Shown: positions 26,411 through 32,000 of the stretch, in pieces
Position numbering within the stretch: position 1 is the stretch's first letter
Layout: the number at the start of each line of letters is the position of its first letter
DNA from: Promethearchaeota archaeon
Lineage (GTDB): Archaea > Asgardarchaeota > Hermodarchaeia > Hermodarchaeales > Hermodarchaeaceae
NCBI GenBank assembly: GCA_048938295.1
Contig: JBHLMI010000002.1
Location: 30,001-62,000 of the forward strand
Reading direction: 5' to 3'
Length of the DNA: 32,000 nt
Translations under genes and position numbers: made by a program
The notes under the pieces: model-generated
What the model was told of the DNA's origin: nothing
What the model saw: the letters and a program-made list of their open reading frames with translations, nothing else
The model's database searches: none

Positions 26411-27880
26411 GTGACCTCCATGAATGACAACGATCCATCTAACAATGCAGATACTCCCCCATCCACAATCTCGGTGGATCCCTTTAAAGGAGATCGGGAA
26501 CCTGCTCCAGAAGTGCCACAACCGGAAAAAACAGAAAAACCAAAGAAAGGCTTTTTTGCCTCGCTAAAATCCGTGCTTACCTTTGGCAGCTATTCGGTGT
26601 ATCTAGTTACCGCTTGGATTCTGGGAATCTTCGGGATTATCTTGGATAGCTATCTGATGTTGTTTCTAAGGGATTTCATTATCGCCTATATGCCACAGGT
26701 TGAACTGGTCTACATCACCATCGGATTCGCTGTTTTAGCATTTATTGGTATCGAGTTGATTGCAAGATTCTTTGGTGGTTATTTGGGTGACAATGTCAAT
26801 AGAAAATGGCTCTCAGTCCTGACTATGTTCATTTCTGGGCTTGGCATGATGATACTCGCATTTGCCACTGGATTGATCGGATTAATCGCAGGAATCCTCA
26901 TTATGTCCGGATCGTCACTATTTGCCAGTGGTTCAACATCTTACATCTATGAGCAGATAGAACCGGAACACAGTGGACTGGCGATGGGAATTTTTCAGAC
27001 AAGTAGTGGTTTTGGCCTCATTGGGCTGGGGTTAGTCACCTGGCTTCTTGAGATTGGTGTACCTTTCGTCTTCACAATTCAGATTGTCTTCTTCATTGGA
27101 GCTATGTGCTACATGGTTGCAGCAACGATTCGAGCCGTCTTTCTTGCTGAACCTCGACCGATCGTGCGTGAGAAACAGGAAAAGAATCATGCGCGAGAGT
27201 TCCTTAAACAAAATGCTAATGCTCTCAAATTACTCTGGATGATTTTACCCGTCTTTATGGTAGTGCTTATCCTTGACGCACTCAGTGATGGTTTTTACCG
27301 GTTCGTCAGCACCTTCTATCTCAACGAAGCGCTAGGATTCTCGATTGGCGAAATTAGCATCATGCTAATCGTTGTACTGGCGTTTTCGATTCCACTCTCG
27401 GTGTGGGTGGGCTCCTTTTTCGATAAATATGGCAGCCGTCGCGCTATCATCGCCGTATACAGCGTTATGCCAATCACCCTTGCATTGCTTATCCTTGCCC
27501 CCCTTTTCCCCTTCTGGTTACCACCCGCTACTGTTGCTTCAATAATTACTACTCATCCGATTCTAGAACCCTTAATGAGCACTGCTTTTATCGCGCTCGC
27601 AATGAAAAACATTAACGATATTCTTTGGTGGACCCTAATTCTAACCTACCTACGAAAGGCCATGCCACGGTCTGAAACCGCAAAGATGCTCAGCATCTTC
27701 TTCATCGTGGTCTTTTTTGCCTTCTTAATCACTCCGATTCCATCTGGCTTCATCTATACCTTCTTTGGAGCGATTCCCCTATTGGTGTTGACCCTTTGCA
27801 TTAATCTCGTTATCCTCGGCATTCTGGTCTTCGCTAATGTAGAACCCCAACCCATCCCCGAGGAATACAAAGACATGTGA
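26411..27880 (+). CDS. MFS transporter
   Basis: Motif A in both halves (GYLGDNVNRK; GSFFDKYGSRR), about 12 TM segments, low-complexity Pro/acidic N-tail. Confidence 0.88.
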   Translation: MTSMNDNDPSNNADTPPSTISVDPFKGDREPAPEVPQPEKTEKPKKGFFASLKSVLTFGSYSVYLVTAWILGIFGIILDSYLMLFLRDFIIAYMPQVELVYITIGFAVLAFIGIELIARFFGGYLGDNVNRKWLSVLTMFISGLGMMILAFATGLIGLIAGILIMSGSSLFASGSTSYIYEQIEPEHSGLAMGIFQTSSGFGLIGLGLVTWLLEIGVPFVFTIQIVFFIGAMCYMVAATIRAVFLAEPRPIVREKQEKNHAREFLKQNANALKLLWMILPVFMVVLILDALSDGFYRFVSTFYLNEALGFSIGEISIMLIVVLAFSIPLSVWVGSFFDKYGSRRAIIAVYSVMPITLALLILAPLFPFWLPPATVASIITTHPILEPLMSTAFIALAMKNINDILWWTLILTYLRKAMPRSETAKMLSIFFIVVFFAFLITPIPSGFIYTFFGAIPLLVLTLCINLVILGILVFANVEPQPIPEEYKDM

Positions 27881-27905
27881 AAAAGACAGCATCAGACCCA
27901 GTGCC

Positions 27906-29168
27906 CTAATCAGAGTCTGTCGGTTCACGTACTAGTGGAAGCAAAACAGCGGCAATCACCGTCAAGATTAATGCAAGGGTGAACATCAAACTTGGTCCAA
28001 ACAACGCCCAAAGATAACCTGCAATGAGGCTAGCGAAGAGAAGAGCAAAGCCAATGAGCATTTGGTATAAACCAAGTATGCTAGCGCGTACATCAATGGG
28101 GGACAGCTCAGAGACCAATGAGGATTGCATGGGAACAGTAGCCCCAATGCTAACCCCATAAAAAATCAAGGCTAAAATAACCATCCAGAAATTTGGTACA
28201 AACAGAAAGATAGCACACATTAATCCAAAGAAGGTAAAACCAATTAGAATAGTGAGTCTTCGTCCAATACGGTCGCCTAATTTTCCAAGGGGAGCTGAAG
28301 TGAGGGCTGCAGTAAGAGTAAAGGTCAGATAGGCAACTGGCACACCCAGAAAAGGAGTGGCTGGAATCACAATAAAGAGTCCAGCATAAAGAGTAAGTAG
28401 GGACCAGCTGAAAGAAGCCAAAGCAAAGATCATACTTAGAATAATGAAAATGGCAAGGCTGCGATTAACACCAGAGAACCGAAATACTGGTTTCCCCGGC
28501 GCCTTTCGGTAATCAACGATTCGAATAATTATAAGGATGGCCCCGATGAAAGTAGGAATTGTTGCAAAAACAAAGAGGAGCCTGAGGCTAGCGAGTAAAT
28601 CAAATCCTAATATTACCCCTAACCAGGGAACCGCAAATGTAACGAACAGGATGGTAATAACAACTCCAAGTGTTGCGCCCATATTATCCAGGGTCCTGAG
28701 AATGCCAAAGTCTCTCCCCCGGGTTTCGTGAGTAGATACATCAGCTACAAGTGCATCACGGGGGGCACCTCGAAGCTTGCCTGAACGATCTAATATCTTC
28801 GCTGGAATGAGCCATTGCCAAATCGGTGTGAAGGAATAAATTAGCCGTGAAGAGGCACCCATCATGTAACCAGACCAAATGAAAACCTTCCGTTTTTGAA
28901 CCATATCGGAAATGAATCCCCAAAAGCCCTTGGACACGTGGACGACAAAATCACCGATTCCATCAACTAGCCCTAATATTAGTGGTGCGAGACCTGGTGG
29001 CGTGAGTAGGGCAACGAAGACCGGCCAGATCGAGAAGACTATGTCCGAGCCCATATCATTGAGGAACGAGACCGCTCCAAAGGTTTGTATAACGCTACGT
29101 TCGGTAGGAACTTCATCCCAGGATTTTATTTCATTTGCGGAATCATCGTCCAACTTGGAATCCTCCAT
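27906..29168 (-). CDS. MFS transporter
   Basis: SFLNDMGSD, GFISDMVQKRK, DRSGKLRGAPRDAL, GKLGDRIGRR. Start revised to ATG 29168 to avoid overlap with the upstream gene (ORF track start 29231). Confidence 0.9.
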   Translation of the reverse strand: MEDSKLDDDSANEIKSWDEVPTERSVIQTFGAVSFLNDMGSDIVFSIWPVFVALLTPPGLAPLILGLVDGIGDFVVHVSKGFWGFISDMVQKRKVFIWSGYMMGASSRLIYSFTPIWQWLIPAKILDRSGKLRGAPRDALVADVSTHETRGRDFGILRTLDNMGATLGVVITILFVTFAVPWLGVILGFDLLASLRLLFVFATIPTFIGAILIIIRIVDYRKAPGKPVFRFSGVNRSLAIFIILSMIFALASFSWSLLTLYAGLFIVIPATPFLGVPVAYLTFTLTAALTSAPLGKLGDRIGRRLTILIGFTFFGLMCAIFLFVPNFWMVILALIFYGVSIGATVPMQSSLVSELSPIDVRASILGLYQMLIGFALLFASLIAGYLWALFGPSLMFTLALILTVIAAVLLPLVREPTDSD

Positions 29169-29208
29169 TTTGGGAAATAAAACAGATTCTGCTATGCCAC
29201 TTTGATGT

Positions 29209-31065
29209 TCAAATAAATAACGAAGCGGCATAGGTTTTAGAAAACTCAGGATGACGAGCTAAGTCAAGGAACTCGACGAATTTTGCCAGGATTTGCGCCT
29301 CTTGCCTTTGGGAAGTTGATAAGAGAGCTTGCTGGGCACCGACTAATGCGGCATTTCCAATGAGGCTAATATTTTTCAGGGGAAGAGGGGGGATTAGACC
29401 GATGCGTTGAGCACTCTCTGGATTTAGGTATGTTCCGAAAGCCCCAGCAACATAGACGTGACCTAAGTCTTCTGCATCAAGTTTTTGTTGTTTGAGTAAG
29501 AGGGTGTATCCGGATTTGATGGCTGCTTTTGCTAGGAGCAATTGTGAAATATCCTGCTCCGAAAGTGTAATTGAGGGGAGTCCCTTCTTGGTTACACCTT
29601 TGGTGAGTGTAATGAACCTAATGTTTTCTTCTTTTGTAATTAGGGGTGACGCCGCTTTGGTAAATCGACCCTTTGATGACAATAGCTTTGCCTGCGCGAG
29701 CTGAGCGATGGTATCGACTACGCCAGAGCCACATATTCCACGTGGTTCGATATTGTTAATGGTTGTCAAATTAAATTGCTTAGAAATTGTATTAAAGCTA
29801 ACTCTTTCGATGGCTCCACTCACTGCCTTCATACCATGCTTGATTCCTGCACCTTCAAAGGCAGGACCCGCAGCGCAAGAGGTGGCAACGAGATGGTCTT
29901 GGTTCCCCAAGATTACTTCACTATTAGTCCCAATGTCGATAAGGAGACAGGGTTCTTCTTGTTCATGGATTCCAGTAGCCAGAATATCTGCAACTGCATC
30001 TGCCCCGACATATCCTGCAATATTAGGCAAGATGTATACGACACATTGTGGTGGAAGATTAAGACCTAATTGACTGGCAGATACTTCAAGGGGACCCCGA
30101 AAGGGAGGAACAAACGGTCCATAACCAAGATGGGTGGTATCTAAACCAAGGAAAAGACTCGTCATCACCGTATTCCCTACAACGATGACCTCAAATATCT
30201 GGTCAGCGAAAGCATCAGAGGACACCAGTTTGCCAAGAAGAGTATTCACACCCTCAATTACTGCAGATTGTAATTCCTTCCTCGTTTCTAATCCAACTGC
30301 AGCGTAACTTAGCCGTGTCATAATATCCTCCCCAAATCGCAGTTGTGGATTCTCAATGCCTCCTGATGAAATCAGCTTAGCGGATGTTAACGAATAGAGG
30401 CTACCTGCTATCTTTGATGTTCCGATATCCAATGCGCATCCATAGATGCTTTCGCGAGCATCTCCCGCTTGAATATCAAGGAGTTGAAACTGGTTACGAA
30501 TTATCAAAGTAACCTCGCCATTGGCTTTGCGTACCGCCTGCGGTGTCTTTGTAATCACGGGAAGGGGATATTCCCAACGAGTGATGCCTTTATACTGTGG
30601 ATTCTTAGCTAAGCTAGCAAGAACCCTTTCGGTGTCTGGTTTAGATTCATTCGGATTGACACTAGAAACCCGAAGAAGAAGAGCATGCAGAGCAGGGCTA
30701 AAGTGTATCGGACGTAGAGTGCCAGTGATTTGTAATTGGCGTCGTGAAACATGGGTTGCAGTTGGAATAGTAATAATCAGATCTGTTTCACCGTTTATAC
30801 GAGCCTGACAGGCTAACCGAAACCCAGCTTTCTGTTGGTCGCTAGTTAATTGGATTCGCTCAGCAGATGTAAGCGGGTTTAGACCAGTTTGAGGTTCAAT
30901 GTGAACACGACATTTGCCACAGGTCCCCTGACCTCCACATTCAGAACGCAGCTGGATACCCACCTGACTTGCCACATCAAGTACTGTAAAGTTCTTCTGG
31001 ATTTGTATTCGCCGCCTATCTGGCTCGAAGGTAACTTCCACGTCATCCAAACTTGTATACTCCAT
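29209..31065 (-). CDS. ASKHA-domain reductive activator of corrinoid proteins (RACo/DUF4445) with an N-terminal [2Fe-2S] domain
   Basis: ECGGQGTCGKC...RLACQ ferredoxin; DIGTSK, FGEDIMTR, GYVGADAVA, DIGTNSE, AAGPAFEG, GICGSG, AGAFG. Confidence 0.92.
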   Translation of the reverse strand: MEYTSLDDVEVTFEPDRRRIQIQKNFTVLDVASQVGIQLRSECGGQGTCGKCRVHIEPQTGLNPLTSAERIQLTSDQQKAGFRLACQARINGETDLIITIPTATHVSRRQLQITGTLRPIHFSPALHALLLRVSSVNPNESKPDTERVLASLAKNPQYKGITRWEYPLPVITKTPQAVRKANGEVTLIIRNQFQLLDIQAGDARESIYGCALDIGTSKIAGSLYSLTSAKLISSGGIENPQLRFGEDIMTRLSYAAVGLETRKELQSAVIEGVNTLLGKLVSSDAFADQIFEVIVVGNTVMTSLFLGLDTTHLGYGPFVPPFRGPLEVSASQLGLNLPPQCVVYILPNIAGYVGADAVADILATGIHEQEEPCLLIDIGTNSEVILGNQDHLVATSCAAGPAFEGAGIKHGMKAVSGAIERVSFNTISKQFNLTTINNIEPRGICGSGVVDTIAQLAQAKLLSSKGRFTKAASPLITKEENIRFITLTKGVTKKGLPSITLSEQDISQLLLAKAAIKSGYTLLLKQQKLDAEDLGHVYVAGAFGTYLNPESAQRIGLIPPLPLKNISLIGNAALVGAQQALLSTSQRQEAQILAKFVEFLDLARHPEFSKTYAASLFI

Positions 31066-31125
31066 CCATTTTTTCGATACGGAGTGGTAGTTTTATTCAA
31101 ATAATAAACGCTGAAATTTTAAGCC

Positions 31126-31139
31126 GTCATATATATGAC
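31126..31139. promoter_or_regulatory. Perfect 14-bp palindrome with a TATA core in a divergent intergenic region
   Basis: gtcatatatatgac lies between the divergent RACo and Pro-rich genes. Confidence 0.4.
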
Positions 31140-31207
31140 TAGCATTGTAGATTATAAGGGATAAATCCATACAGTAAATGGTCTTTACCCTTGAGGTGAT
31201 ACACAAC

Positions 31208-31486
31208 TTGGCAGAAACTCCTCCCACTGGTCCACCATCTGGTCCACCATCTGGTCCACCATCTGGTCCACCTCCAGCTGCAGCACCACCGGCTCAACCC
31301 ACAGCCCCACCAAAGCCAGAAGAAAAGCCTCTTGCTCCAGATCAATGTCCCCGTTGCCGTAGTGATGCAACGACGATTTTACGCAAAGTTCCCATTGCCT
31401 ACGGTCATGAGGTCACACGAAAATGTGACAAATGTGGGAACATTTGGAAATACACCTCTAAGTTTGGCGCTGGTGCCTGGCCATAA
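31208..31486 (+). CDS. Small proline-rich protein with a C-terminal C4 zinc ribbon
   Basis: GAGGTGA SD then TTG at 31208 (ORF track starts at ATG 31178); GPPS repeats, then CPRC-x22-CDKC-GNIW. Confidence 0.78.
   Translation: MAETPPTGPPSGPPSGPPSGPPPAAAPPAQPTAPPKPEEKPLAPDQCPRCRSDATTILRKVPIAYGHEVTRKCDKCGNIWKYTSKFGAGAWP
31227..31272 (+). repeat. In-frame 12-bp tandem repeat (ctggtccaccat) x3.8
   Basis: Exact copies at 31227, 31239 and 31251, partial copy at 31263-31272; encodes GPPS units. Confidence 0.95.
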
Positions 31487-31600
31487 AATGCCCTCCAACC
31501 CTAACGGTCCATGCAAGGGAACTACTTGAGATGCTGCACAGCTGGTTTGTGAACTGGTGAATTAAGTCTGAGACACAATTGAGGAAAAGAAGAGAGTATC

Positions 31601-31762
31601 TTAGGCCTGTTGAAATCCGTAGCAGGAGGATTTGTCAGTAAGAAGGAGATAATGGGTGTCCCCTTTCTTTGCAAAGGGGTTCACACTAGTACAGGTTCCA
31701 GTTTTCTTATCGTAATTTTTACAGTTGAGGCAAATGGATTTTACAGACATTTCATCAGGCAT
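31601..31762 (-). CDS. Small Cys-containing hypothetical protein (about 53 aa)
   Basis: MPDEMSVKSICLNCKNYDKKTGTC...SSCYGF: four Cys in a CxxC-x9-C...C pattern; fills an otherwise empty gap. Start could be 31789, 31777 or 31762. Confidence 0.55.
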   Translation of the reverse strand: MPDEMSVKSICLNCKNYDKKTGTCTSVNPFAKKGDTHYLLLTDKSSCYGFQQA

Positions 31763-31908
31763 TATTTTCCGTGTCATGGCACATTGCACCCACTGAATAT
31801 TCGGTTTAAGGATGTGGGTGTGCTAAAATCTTTTCCATCACTCTATTTCAGGAAAAGTTACACCCAAATAATACCTTTACTGCAAGATAACATAATGGAG
31901 GACTATAC

Positions 31909-32000
31909 ATGACCATGGTGCACTCTTTGCTAGAAGAAGTACAAGAAAGCGTGAGAGGATTAGTTGATCAAATTGCCCATGAGCTAACGAAACGAAAAGC
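31909..32000 (+). CDS. 5' fragment of an unidentified gene running off the window
   Basis: GGAGGA + 6 nt + ATG at 31909; open to the edge (MTMVHSLLEEVQESVRGLVDQIAHELTKRK). Confidence 0.65.
   Translation, partial: MTMVHSLLEEVQESVRGLVDQIAHELTKRK

Noticed and set aside
29169-29231. Apparent overlap between the RACo 3' end and the MFS 5' end
   Set aside because: Disappears if the MFS starts at ATG 29168; an artefact of longest-ORF calling.
31227-31272. Exact tandem repeat as a possible CRISPR array
   Set aside because: 12-bp units with no spacers, in frame within a CDS, and no cas genes.
31610-31912. 100-aa plus-strand ORF
   Set aside because: Antisense to the small Cys protein, overlaps the SD and start of the next gene, and has no recognisable features.

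Overview
Gene-dense, mostly metabolic archaeal window. An Asgard archaeon is likely; this is inferred from GGAGG/GAGGTGA ribosome-binding sites, TATA-like promoters, a TM-anchored sequon-rich solute-binding protein, archaeal-type ThiI and ADP-forming acyl-CoA synthetase, a RING-like finger and an SCP2 protein. It holds about 30 CDS: a nucleoside-type ABC transporter (BMP binding protein + ATPase running off the left edge), metallophosphoesterase, DUF362 Fe-S protein, phosphoribosyltransferase, MtnA, two HAD hydrolases, ACD alpha subunit, a multi-zinc-finger/SAM-methyltransferase fusion, ThiI, a SufR-like HTH regulator, SCP2, a class III aminotransferase, an extended UbiA prenyltransferase, adenine deaminase, two tandem ArsB/NhaD (P-protein-like) permeases, an alpha/beta hydrolase, a TM + RanBP2/NZF-like + RING-like protein, an M24 peptidase, two MFS transporters, a RACo/ASKHA corrinoid activator and several small orphans. 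I saw no CRISPR array, tRNA, rRNA or transposase. The best leads are the membrane-anchored NZF-RING protein, the zinc-finger methyltransferase, a structured or box C/D-like element at 5851-5954, a GPPS-repeat zinc-ribbon protein, and an intact ABC ATPase with no ATG/GTG/TTG before its Walker A motif. All family assignments come from motif recognition by eye; no database searches were run.
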